Assembly: GCA_011191875.1 (NCBI GenBank)
Contig: DUFC01000031.1
Coordinates: forward strand, 42,879-106,878
Source: Dehalococcoidia bacterium
Lineage (GTDB): Bacteria; Chloroflexota; Dehalococcoidia; Dehalococcoidales; W498
Length of the DNA stretch: 64,000 nt
Direction: 5' to 3'
Shown: positions 27,699 through 37,309 of the stretch, in pieces
Numbering within the stretch: position 1 is the first letter of the stretch
Layout of the letters: each line of letters begins with the position of its first letter
Notes under the pieces: model-generated
The model's input: only the letters and a program-made list of their open reading frames with translations
The model's database searches: none
Told to the model about the DNA's origin: nothing
Translations under genes and position numbers: made by a program

Positions 27699-28724
27699 AT
27701 GAGGCAGTATAGAGTGGCTATCGTTGGTGCCACTGGGATGGTAGGGCAGGAATTTATTAAGGTATTAGAACAACGCAACTTCCCTATGACATCAATTCGC
27801 CTCCTAGCCTCAGACCGCTCAGCAGGTAAAAAGCTATTTGTTACTCACCAGGAGATTGAAGTCAAAGAGGCTGTTCCCGAGTCCTTCAAGGGAATAGATA
27901 TTGCTCTCTTCTCCGCTGGCACTGAGACTAGCCGCCATTTCTCACCAATAGCCTCTAAATCAGGAGCCGTGGTTATCGATAATAGCTCGGCTTTCAGGAT
28001 GTATCCCGAGGTTCCCTTGGTAGTGCCTGAGGTTAATCCCGAGGATATTAAATGGCATAAGGGGATTATAGCCAATCCAAATTGCTCCACTATTCAAATG
28101 GTAGTGGCTCTGTACCCATTGCACAAGGTTAACCCTATCAAGCGCATTGTCGTTGATAGCTATCAAGCAGTATCAGGCACCGGTTCGGCAGCAGTAGAGG
28201 AACTAACAACACAGGCCAAGCAAGTTCTGGAGGGGCAGAGCACTATCCCCCATGTCTACCCTCACCAAATAGCCTTTAATGTCTTGCCAGAAATAGATGT
28301 TTTCCTGGACAACGGCTACACTAGAGAAGAATGGAAACTGGTGGAAGAAACAAGAAAGATAATGCATACCGATGATATAGCTATTTCGGCTACTTGTGTG
28401 CGAGTTCCAGTATATACCGGACATAGTGAGGCAATCCATGTAGAATTCTCCCGACCTATGTCTCCCGATGAAGCACGGCATATACTTGCCCATGCTCCAG
28501 GGGTCAAAGTATTAGATGACCCAACTATTAGTCTTTACCCTCAGCCATGGTCAGTAGTCGATACTGATGAAGTTTTTATCGGACGTATCCGTCGTGATGC
28601 CTCCCATTCTTGTGGTTTAACTATATGGGTTGTTGCCGATAATCTGCGAAAGGGGGCTGCCCTAAACGCAGTCCAGATTGCTGAAGAGATGATTAAAAGA
28701 GAATGGATACATCCCGGAGGCTAG
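27699..28724 (+). CDS. asd: Aspartate-semialdehyde dehydrogenase
   Basis: 341 aa with GATGMVGQ, the active-site Cys in ANPNCSTI and a C-terminal LRKGAALNAVQIAE. Confidence 0.9.
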   Translation: MRQYRVAIVGATGMVGQEFIKVLEQRNFPMTSIRLLASDRSAGKKLFVTHQEIEVKEAVPESFKGIDIALFSAGTETSRHFSPIASKSGAVVIDNSSAFRMYPEVPLVVPEVNPEDIKWHKGIIANPNCSTIQMVVALYPLHKVNPIKRIVVDSYQAVSGTGSAAVEELTTQAKQVLEGQSTIPHVYPHQIAFNVLPEIDVFLDNGYTREEWKLVEETRKIMHTDDIAISATCVRVPVYTGHSEAIHVEFSRPMSPDEARHILAHAPGVKVLDDPTISLYPQPWSVVDTDEVFIGRIRRDASHSCGLTIWVVADNLRKGAALNAVQIAEEMIKREWIHPGG

Positions 28725-28728
28725 AAAA

Positions 28729-29619
28729 TTGAAAAAGTTGGGACGATTGCTAACGGCAATGGTAACACCCTTTAATGAGGAAGGGATAGTCGATTATGAG
28801 CAGGCGAAGAAATTAGCCTTGGCTCTGCTCGACTCAGGAAGTGAAGGTTTGGTGGTCGTGGGCACAACCGGAGAATGCCCTACCCTTATTCGAGAGGAGG
28901 AGGTGCGCCTTTTTACTGAGGTTAAATCAGTAGTGGGTGAGCGAGGGTCAGTAATAGCCGGCACGGGTAGCAATAGCACTGCTGAAGCCCTAGAAGCGAC
29001 TAAGGGAGCAGAGAGAACCGGGGTTGATGCCTGCCTACTGGTAGTCCCCTATTATAATAAACCTACTCAAGAAGGCTTATACCAACACTTCAAAACTATA
29101 GCTCAGGGCACTAATTTACCCTGTATCCTTTACAATGTGCCGTCCCGTACCGTTACCAGCCTATCAGCCGAAACCGTCATCAAGCTAAGCCACATAGATA
29201 ACATTGTCGGGGTGAAGGAAGCCAGCAGTAATCTAGACGGAATTTCTAAAATTATTGCCGAGACGGGGAATGAATTCCTGGTATGGAGTGGTAATGATAG
29301 TGACACCCTACCTATAATAGCTCTGGGTGGCTACGGTGTCATTAGCGTTGCTTCTCATCTGGTTGGCAACCAAATCAAGAAAATGATTGGCCATGCCGTT
29401 AATGGTAAAATAGATGAAGCCGCCGCCATCCACCGCCGCCTTCTACCTCTGGTTAATGCCCTGTTTATTGTTTCCAACCCTATACCGATTAAATATGCCC
29501 TTAATCACATTGGCTTTAATGTAGGAAAGCCACGCCTGCCCCTTACCGAACCTGATGAAAAATCAGCCACCTTCATCAAAGATACCCTTAAAAACTACCA
29601 AATTGACCTACCTCTATAA
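28729..29619 (+). CDS. dapA: 4-hydroxy-tetrahydrodipicolinate synthase
   Basis: 296 aa with GTTGECPTL, YYNKPTQEG and YNVPSRT. It follows dapB-asd as the third gene of a lysine-branch operon. Confidence 0.9.
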   Translation: MKKLGRLLTAMVTPFNEEGIVDYEQAKKLALALLDSGSEGLVVVGTTGECPTLIREEEVRLFTEVKSVVGERGSVIAGTGSNSTAEALEATKGAERTGVDACLLVVPYYNKPTQEGLYQHFKTIAQGTNLPCILYNVPSRTVTSLSAETVIKLSHIDNIVGVKEASSNLDGISKIIAETGNEFLVWSGNDSDTLPIIALGGYGVISVASHLVGNQIKKMIGHAVNGKIDEAAAIHRRLLPLVNALFIVSNPIPIKYALNHIGFNVGKPRLPLTEPDEKSATFIKDTLKNYQIDLPL

Positions 29620-29771
29620 GAAAAGGGCTACCCAGTTCACCATTAGTCAGGATGTCCCCGTCTAAACTCCCCTATGACTAAGTATAGAAACCCTAATCCT
29701 ATTGTCATATTTGAGGTAGAAATGAGAGTAAAGAATAGAGGGAGAATAAGAAATTGATGAGCAATGCGAGG

Positions 29772-31064
<1,293 letters not shown>

Positions 31065-31164
31065 TTACAAGCACTTCTTTTACTTATACCATAAACGGCA
31101 CTATAAATAAAAATATCCTAATTTGATATTGCCACTTTAGATTGGCGCCGATAAAATCCTCTCT

Positions 31165-31215
31165 GTCATTGCGATTGCTTCATCATCCTTCCACTGAAGG
31201 ACTCATCGCAATGAT
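31165..31215. repeat. Interspersed repeat, type B, copy 2 (51-nt hairpin with 10-bp terminal inverted repeats)
   Basis: TCATTGCGAT (31167-31176) pairs with ATCGCAATGA (31205-31214). The interior tgcttcatcatccttccactgaaggactc aligns with 8153-8190. Confidence 0.7.
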
Positions 31216-31847
31216 TAGTTAGTCTTTGTTTGTCGCCACACATAAAGTAATCTCTGACCAACGGTGATAAAGCTAAATAACGCTATTATAGCTAAGGCAA
31301 TAACTAAGGCATAAGCAATCTGGCTTAGTAAAAGACCTAGCGCCAGTACAATGACCCTCTCGGCTCGAGTAAATATTCCTACCTGACACTCAAGCCCTAA
31401 TGCTTCCGCTCTAGCCCTAACATAGCTCACCAACAGTGAACCAAGCAAGACAACACCAACCAATAATATCGGGGCGATTGACTGGTCTCTAGCATATAGC
31501 ACTAAAATGCCAAGCAATACGACTGCTTCAGATAAACGGTCAAGGGTAGAGTCAAGAACAGCGCCAAAATGGGTAGCCTGATTCTTATGCCGAGCCAGTG
31601 CTCCATCCAGAATATCAAAAAAACCAGCTACCAACACTACCAAACCGGCGGCAAAAAGGTGTCCGGTAATAATAAATGCCGCAGCACCAACAGCTAATAA
31701 AAAACCAAGCCAGGTTATGGCATTAGGTGTTATAGATGTCCTCGCTAGAAGCCGCACCGCTGGTTGGGTAAGATAATAGCTTGCTGCCTTATGAACTTCA
31801 GATAATTTTACCATTGACCATCGCTTTTCTGGGATAACACTGTCCAA
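31215..31847 (-). CDS. CDP-alcohol phosphatidyltransferase (probable phosphatidylinositol-phosphate synthase type)
   Basis: 210 aa polytopic protein with the exact family motif D-x2-DG-x2-AR-x8-G-x3-D-x3-D (DILDGALARHKNQATHFGAVLDSTLD). It is the last gene of the MIPS-GT4 cluster. Confidence 0.8.
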   Translation of the reverse strand: MDSVIPEKRWSMVKLSEVHKAASYYLTQPAVRLLARTSITPNAITWLGFLLAVGAAAFIITGHLFAAGLVVLVAGFFDILDGALARHKNQATHFGAVLDSTLDRLSEAVVLLGILVLYARDQSIAPILLVGVVLLGSLLVSYVRARAEALGLECQVGIFTRAERVIVLALGLLLSQIAYALVIALAIIALFSFITVGQRLLYVWRQTKTN

Positions 31848-31861
31848 TCAGTCTCTCTCCC

Positions 31862-33034
31862 TTAAACCGAAGTTGACGTATCCCTAAATTCTGGAAATCG
31901 TTTCTGCCATGGGGGTTCACCAAGCACTCTAACATAGTAATCTAATACCCTTCGGGCAATGTGCTCCCAGCTATAATCCACCGCTTTAACTCTTCCCCTA
32001 GCTCCCATTTCCTGCCGAAGTGATTGGCTAGCCATAAGAGTAATTAGAGCCTGAGCCAACATTCCCACATCTTTAGGCGGCACCAGTAGTCCCTCAACAC
32101 CATGAGTTACCAGACCGGCATAACCTTCTATATTTGAGGCAACAATCGGCTTGCCCATAGCCATAGCCTCGAGTAAAATAATACCAAAGCTTTCCCAGCC
32201 AATGGCTGGTGCGCAAAAAATGTCGGCTGTTTTATAGTATCTAGGCAATTCATCACAGGAAACAAACCCAACAAAAACAACATCCTTTAAACTATTCCGC
32301 TTAACCTTCTTTTCATACTTACCACGTAGTCTAGTGCCAGGACCTACTATAATAAGTCGCGAGTTGGGAATTTCTTGTTTAACTCGCTTATAAGCTTCAA
32401 GTAGATAGCTAACCCCTTTCCGCTTTTCCAGACGACCAACAAACAGGATATTCACCTTCCCATCACAGAATTCATCAATTGGCGATACATCAGGCGAAAA
32501 AAGGTCTATATCTACGCCGTTAGGGATAATAGTATAGTTTCCAGGCACATACTTACGGGCAAACTCCATAGCCGGTTTAGACACTGCAATTCTGCCATTA
32601 AGCTTGCGAACTCGCCTCTTCAGCATTATCGTGCTAATGGGCTTACCAAAGTTATAACCAGGCTTACCGTGAACTGCGTGAAATGTCCCCACATTGGCCG
32701 TATTTGAGAAACGGAGGACAGCACTACATAGCATGGGCATAAAAGGTTCATGAAGATGAATAATATCAAACTTTTCTTTGTCAAGTACAGCTTTGATTGT
32801 AGAAGCTAGCCTGAGTGATATAGTAACACGAATGATGGAACCACTGGCTGGAATGGGTCGAGGTTTACCTATAGGTATGAACCTATCACCAAAGGCAGGA
32901 ACTACTTCAGATGCGGGGGCAATGACCTTAACCTCGTGCCCCACCAGGGTAAAGTAATGCTCTAGTGCGGAAATATGATTGGCAACACCACCGGGGTAAG
33001 TAAAATCATAAGGGGAGACTAATGCTATCTTCAT
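31862..33034 (-). CDS. GT4 glycosyltransferase, PimA-like
   Basis: 390 aa. The N-terminal MKIALVSPYDFTYPGGVANHISAL...GHEVKVIAP strongly resembles mycobacterial PimA as I recall it. The E-x7-E region is ESFGIILLEAMAMGKP. Confidence 0.75.
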   Translation of the reverse strand: MKIALVSPYDFTYPGGVANHISALEHYFTLVGHEVKVIAPASEVVPAFGDRFIPIGKPRPIPASGSIIRVTISLRLASTIKAVLDKEKFDIIHLHEPFMPMLCSAVLRFSNTANVGTFHAVHGKPGYNFGKPISTIMLKRRVRKLNGRIAVSKPAMEFARKYVPGNYTIIPNGVDIDLFSPDVSPIDEFCDGKVNILFVGRLEKRKGVSYLLEAYKRVKQEIPNSRLIIVGPGTRLRGKYEKKVKRNSLKDVVFVGFVSCDELPRYYKTADIFCAPAIGWESFGIILLEAMAMGKPIVASNIEGYAGLVTHGVEGLLVPPKDVGMLAQALITLMASQSLRQEMGARGRVKAVDYSWEHIARRVLDYYVRVLGEPPWQKRFPEFRDTSTSV

Positions 33035-33063
33035 TCGTAGCTGCCTGAACCTTCCCCACAGAT

Positions 33064-34149
33064 TTATTCAGAAACTTGCTGATCACCAGCAATGAACTCT
33101 TCCACCATCTGGCGAGCTTCGTCATCGGTATATTGAATAGGCGGTGATTTCATAAAGTAGGCTGATGGAGCTATTAGTGCCCCAGTAAGTCCTCGGTCCA
33201 GGGCAAGTTTACAGCACCTGATAGCATCAATAACTACCCCGGCCGAATTAGGGCTGTCCCACACCTCAAGTTTTAATTCCAGGTTCAGAGGCACATCACC
33301 AAAGGTTCGCCCTTCCATCTTAATATAGCAAAACTTACGGTCATCCAACCAGCGAACATAGTCACTGGGACCGACATAGATGTTATCAGGGTCAAGCTGG
33401 TAATCCAATTGAGAGGTAACAGAGGTAGTTTTAGATATCTTCTTGGACTCAAGGCGCTCGCGTTCTAACATGTTGTAGAAGTCAGTGTTACCACCAAAGT
33501 TTAATTGATAGGTTCGCTCCAGTTTAACCCCACGGTCTCTAAACAGCCGAGTAAGCACACGGTGAACAATGGTGGCTCCAACCTGAGATTTTATATCATC
33601 ACCAATAACGGGAAGCCCTTTTTCAACAAAACGCTCCTGCCAATACTTCTCCCGAGCGATAAAAACTGGGATGCAATTGATAAAGCCACAACCGGCCGCC
33701 AGCACCTGCTCAATATACCACTTGGTTGCCTCTTCACTTCCAACCGGTAAATAGTTAATCACCACATCAGTTTTGGTTTCCTTAAGGATTTTAACTATGT
33801 CGGCTGTTGGACCTGGCGCCTTCTGAATTATTTGAGACAGATACTTGCCCAAACCATCATGGGTCATACCCCGCTGAACCTTAACTCCTGTAGCCGGCAC
33901 CTCACAAAATTTAAAGGTATTATTAGGCTGAGTACAAGTTGCCTCCACCAACTCCTTGCCAACTTTGTTCTTATCAATATCAAAGGCAGCTACGAAATTG
34001 ATATCGCTTATATGGTATCCCCCTAGGTTAACATGCATTAGCCCGGGTACAAATTCAGTCTCTTTAGCCTTCTTGTAATAATAAACACCCTGAACCAATG
34101 ATGAGGCACAATTACCCACCCCTATTATGGCTACATTTATTTTACCCAA
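33064..34149 (-). CDS. ino1: myo-inositol-1-phosphate (inositol-3-phosphate) synthase
   Basis: 361 aa with a TTG start after [32 protein letters not shown] and the downstream core are typical of bacterial/archaeal MIPS. Confidence 0.85.
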   Translation of the reverse strand: MGKINVAIIGVGNCASSLVQGVYYYKKAKETEFVPGLMHVNLGGYHISDINFVAAFDIDKNKVGKELVEATCTQPNNTFKFCEVPATGVKVQRGMTHDGLGKYLSQIIQKAPGPTADIVKILKETKTDVVINYLPVGSEEATKWYIEQVLAAGCGFINCIPVFIAREKYWQERFVEKGLPVIGDDIKSQVGATIVHRVLTRLFRDRGVKLERTYQLNFGGNTDFYNMLERERLESKKISKTTSVTSQLDYQLDPDNIYVGPSDYVRWLDDRKFCYIKMEGRTFGDVPLNLELKLEVWDSPNSAGVVIDAIRCCKLALDRGLTGALIAPSAYFMKSPPIQYTDDEARQMVEEFIAGDQQVSE

Positions 34150-34203
34150 GACTTATCCGCTCTCCTTTCCTATAAAAAACGACTATAGAAGGTTGCTCTG
34201 GTT

Positions 34204-34232
34204 ATCCTACTTATGTTATTCTCAGATGTCAA
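34204..34232 (-). promoter_or_regulatory. Candidate promoter for the MIPS-GT4-phosphatidyltransferase operon
   Basis: The minus strand reads TTGACA-N17-TAGGAT (-35 at 34232-34227, -10 at 34209-34204). Confidence 0.45.
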
Positions 34233-34270
34233 CATCACAGATTAAGTTATTGCCACGAGATTGGTGAGCG

Positions 34271-34942
34271 GTGGGAAAAAAGATCTACGATTTTCACACC
34301 CATACTTCACTGAGTGACGGTGTCCTGTCACCAATTGAATTAATCAGGCGTGCCCTGGTTAATAATTATCAGGCTATTGCCATTACCGACCATGCTGCTA
34401 CCGGGTCCTTAAGTCGCATAATTCAAGAGATTACCGAGGTATGTGCCTTGGCTCGCAAACACTGGGATATCTTAGCCATTCCTGGCATAGAACTTACCCA
34501 TGTTCCTACCCAAGCCATCGCTGAAACAGCTAAAAGGGCTAAAGAACTGGGAGCTTGGATTGTGGTAGTTCACGGTGAAACAGTCATTGAGTCGGTTGAA
34601 AAGGGTACCAACCTCGCCGCTCTCCACAGCCCCCATGTTGATATCTTGGCTCATCCTGGTCTTCTAAGCCTTGAAGAAGCAAAACTAGCTGCTGCCAATG
34701 GTATTTTCCTGGAAATTAGTGCCAGAGCAGGGCACTGCCTAACCAATGGCCATATCGCCTCTCTAGCTCAACAAGTAGGAGCTAAGCTACTACTTGGCTC
34801 TGACACCCATAGCGAGCAGGATTTACTAACCCCGTCCTTAGCTGACGCCATTATCCATGGTGCAGGGTTAGATAATCCTGCTCGCTATCAAATCTTAACT
34901 AAGAACCCCCAAGCCTTAATAAAAGGCTTACCCTGCCACTAA
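34271..34942 (+). CDS. PHP-domain phosphoesterase (histidinol-phosphatase-like)
   Basis: 223 aa with a GTG start. It has the N-terminal FHTHTSLSDG and later ITDH, HGE, HP and GSDTH metal-ligand motifs. Confidence 0.7.
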   Translation: MGKKIYDFHTHTSLSDGVLSPIELIRRALVNNYQAIAITDHAATGSLSRIIQEITEVCALARKHWDILAIPGIELTHVPTQAIAETAKRAKELGAWIVVVHGETVIESVEKGTNLAALHSPHVDILAHPGLLSLEEAKLAAANGIFLEISARAGHCLTNGHIASLAQQVGAKLLLGSDTHSEQDLLTPSLADAIIHGAGLDNPARYQILTKNPQALIKGLPCH

Positions 34943-34962
34943 CGGAACCGTGAAATCGACTA

Positions 34963-35106
34963 CTACTTGCTCTGACCTATCCTAAATACTTTAGTGCTAC
35001 ATTTAGGACAGACTCCACTTGTGGCTGGTCTCCCATTTTTCAGGACAACCTTCTTGGGATTCTTTATTTCCACCTTCTTCCTGCATTTAAAACAATACGC
35101 TTGCAA
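34963..35106 (-). CDS. Unlisted 47-codon zinc-ribbon ORF, DUF5679-like
   Basis: Not in the ORF track (under 60 aa). The minus strand reads GGAGGTAACAAGAA-TTG, then (M)QAYCFKCRKKVEIKNPKKVVLKNGRPATSGVCPKCSTKVFRIGQSK, then TAG. The CxxC...CxxC and NGRPA..G.CP.C.TK.FRIG pattern matches my recollection of DUF5679. Confidence 0.6.
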   Translation of the reverse strand: MQAYCFKCRKKVEIKNPKKVVLKNGRPATSGVCPKCSTKVFRIGQSK

Positions 35107-35207
35107 TTCTTGTTACCTCCTTTTTCGACATAGAAACACCCCACTATTCAAACAGTCACTGCAAAACGACTCCGGCTGGCTTTCGTACTTAGTTTGGCAA
35201 ACTTTTT

Positions 35208-35828
35208 TTATTTAGAAAGCGGTTTACCAATCCCTAACTTAGGCGCACCAGCAACTGTGTTGAAGACAAAAACTGTTCCAACGTACAGAGTGTATAAGCC
35301 GAAGAGACCGATTAACCAACCAGCTATAACATGCATACCCTGGCCTGGGAGCGACCCACCCATCAGACCAAGAGCCAACAGTATTACAGCTACAGCAAGC
35401 ACAAGCACGAACAGGAATAGGCTCCAAGAAACCTTGGCAACGCTGGGCAGGAACAGTAGAAGTATTATACCAATAGCTAGCCAAATGAATGCACTAAGGC
35501 CTAATCCAGCACCTACTGCCCCCAGGTCCGGCGCCAGGGCAAGAGCCGCCTGAAATGACCAACCACCACCAAGGAATATAAGGGCAGCAAATACTACGAA
35601 TATTGTGCCCAGTAGTATATCGCCTCTAGCCAGGTCAATTATACCACATATAAAAATTCCTACTGCCGCCGCAAGAAGCCAACTAGTCATAACAGACAAA
35701 GCTGGTACCGCATCTAGTCCTACACCCACTTGCCCAGATAGCAAAGCAAAAAGACCAAAACATGATGCACCTATCATATAAAGTGCAGCTGGTGTAGCCA
35801 TTGCCCAACTTGTCTTACCTTCCGACAT
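35208..35828 (-). CDS. Six-TM membrane protein, probably GPR1/FUN34/YaaH (SatP-like acetate/succinate channel) family
   Basis: 206 aa. By eye it parallels E. coli SatP: the N-terminal ATPAALYMIG versus NPAPLGLMGFG, and the C-terminal AGWLIGLFGLYTLY...PKLGIG versus AGWIGLICGASAIY...LPIG. Confidence 0.55.
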   Translation of the reverse strand: MSEGKTSWAMATPAALYMIGASCFGLFALLSGQVGVGLDAVPALSVMTSWLLAAAVGIFICGIIDLARGDILLGTIFVVFAALIFLGGGWSFQAALALAPDLGAVGAGLGLSAFIWLAIGIILLLFLPSVAKVSWSLFLFVLVLAVAVILLALGLMGGSLPGQGMHVIAGWLIGLFGLYTLYVGTVFVFNTVAGAPKLGIGKPLSK

Positions 35829-35904
35829 TTAAATCCTCCTTTATTATACTTGAGTTAGCTATATGCGTCATTCCTATAGCGTCACCCCCTTTCAACATTG
35901 TTCC

Positions 35905-35971
35905 ACTATATTCCTATTATACGCAAGCTGTCAAGGTTCAACTATATTCCTATTATATGCAAGCTGTCAAG
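35905..35971 (-). promoter_or_regulatory. Tandemly duplicated near-consensus promoter (2 x 31 nt, 36-bp period) upstream of the SatP-like gene
   Basis: The direct repeats 35905-35935 and 35941-35971 differ at one base. Each reads TTGACA-N18-TATAGT on the minus strand (-35 at 35934-35929 and 35970-35965; -10 at 35910-35905 and 35946-35941). Confidence 0.55.
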
Positions 35972-36017
35972 ACCTTTTAGATACTTTATTTAATAAAAGC
36001 TGTATTTAAGTTAGATA

Positions 36018-36944
36018 TTAGCGATAAGAATGCTGAAAAACCTTTTCTGGTTGCCACTGCCCTGCTTCAGAGTTGAAGCGAAGCACAGCTAAAAAACATC
36101 CGTCAGAAGTATAAGCTCGGCAGCGACTCTCTAAAGAAGATAATGCAGATAGGTTCTGTTCAAAGTAACCGTTGCCCAAAACCAAGGGGCACCCATTCTT
36201 TATAGTGCGTTCGGTATCGTCGCTAACAATCATAGCTGTCCAATGCAAAAGCACGGTATCTATAGGATGAACAAGGTGCTGCCAATAGCCATAGCGAAAT
36301 GCATACTCAAGTTGAGGTATTGAAACTGCGTCCTTTATATCAAAAAGCCCGCAGCGCAAGCGGGTTAGACCTTTCAAATTAGCACCACAACCCAACGCCT
36401 GCCCTAAATCATGAGCCAGTGAGCGGATATAGGTGCCCTTACCACATACTACTTCTATAGTGACTACCGGTGGTTGCCAGTCTACAAGCTCTACAAGGTG
36501 GATTCTGGTCAGCCGGCTTCTCCTCTCAATCTCAATGCCAGCCCGTGCCAATTGGTAAAGTCGCTTACCATGATGCTTCACTGCACTATACATTGGAGGC
36601 GTCTGCTGTATTAACCCACAGAAGGAAGTAAGTGCTGACTCTAATTGTGCCTGGCCAATCCCAGAGGGGTCTCCTTTTTGAATAATCTTACCACTGGCAT
36701 CATAGGTGTCTGTAGCCACACCCAACTCAATCTGAGCCCGATAAACCTTAGTAGTATCTACCAAAAACTCAACGACACGTGTTCCCTGACCGAGACAAAT
36801 AGGTAAGACGCCGGTTGCCGCTGGGTCAAGAGTGCCGGCATGTCCAACGCGCCGTTCTCCACTCAGCCGTTTCACCTTAGCCACAATGCTAAAAGAGGTC
36901 TCACCCTGAGGCTTATTAATATTTAATATGCCATCCACAGTCAA
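36018..36944 (-). CDS. truB: tRNA pseudouridine(55) synthase
   Basis: 308 aa with the catalytic Asp motif HAGTLDPAATGVLPI and a PUA-like C-terminus. Confidence 0.9.
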   Translation of the reverse strand: MTVDGILNINKPQGETSFSIVAKVKRLSGERRVGHAGTLDPAATGVLPICLGQGTRVVEFLVDTTKVYRAQIELGVATDTYDASGKIIQKGDPSGIGQAQLESALTSFCGLIQQTPPMYSAVKHHGKRLYQLARAGIEIERRSRLTRIHLVELVDWQPPVVTIEVVCGKGTYIRSLAHDLGQALGCGANLKGLTRLRCGLFDIKDAVSIPQLEYAFRYGYWQHLVHPIDTVLLHWTAMIVSDDTERTIKNGCPLVLGNGYFEQNLSALSSLESRCRAYTSDGCFLAVLRFNSEAGQWQPEKVFQHSYR

Positions 36945-36952
36945 TCCCTGTG

Positions 36953-37306
36953 TTAGTCAGGAGTGCTATCTATACTAACCTCGTCAATCAAGTCAAGGAG
37001 GTGGGCCCCCCGCTCAATAGAATCATCCCACTGAAAGCTCAGTTCAGGGATACGTCGCAACCTCAGACGCCTAGCTAACTCCTTACGAAAGAAACCCGAA
37101 GCGGCAGCTAATACGCTTAATGTCTCTTGTTTTCCTTCGTCGCCGATACAACTTATGAATATCTTGGCATACTTCAGGTCAGGCGAGGTGGAAACCTCGG
37201 TTATAGCAACAAAACTACCAAGTCGCGGGTCTTTGATTTGACGCTGAAGTAACTCACTAATTTCCTGGCGAATTAGATTATTTACCCGTTCAATACGGCG
37301 TGTCAT
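36953..37306 (-). CDS. rbfA: Ribosome-binding factor A
   Basis: 117 aa. RIERVNNLIRQEISELL...DPRLG..VAITEV..SPDLKYAKIF is the typical RbfA pattern. Confidence 0.9.
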   Translation of the reverse strand: MTRRIERVNNLIRQEISELLQRQIKDPRLGSFVAITEVSTSPDLKYAKIFISCIGDEGKQETLSVLAAASGFFRKELARRLRLRRIPELSFQWDDSIERGAHLLDLIDEVSIDSTPD

Positions 37307-37309
37307 AAT

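Noticed and set aside
29620-29771. Possible degenerate copy of the GTCATTGC repeat in the dapA/purA convergent spacer (tgtcatatttgagg ... gagcaatgcgagg)
   Set aside because: Only the short end-like motifs are similar. The interior does not align with family A or B, and no convincing hairpin forms.
35194-35553. Plus-strand ORFs antisense to the SatP-like membrane protein gene
   Set aside because: The minus-strand frame gives a coherent six-TM protein with family-like N- and C-terminal motifs. The antisense products are P/R/A-rich with no features.
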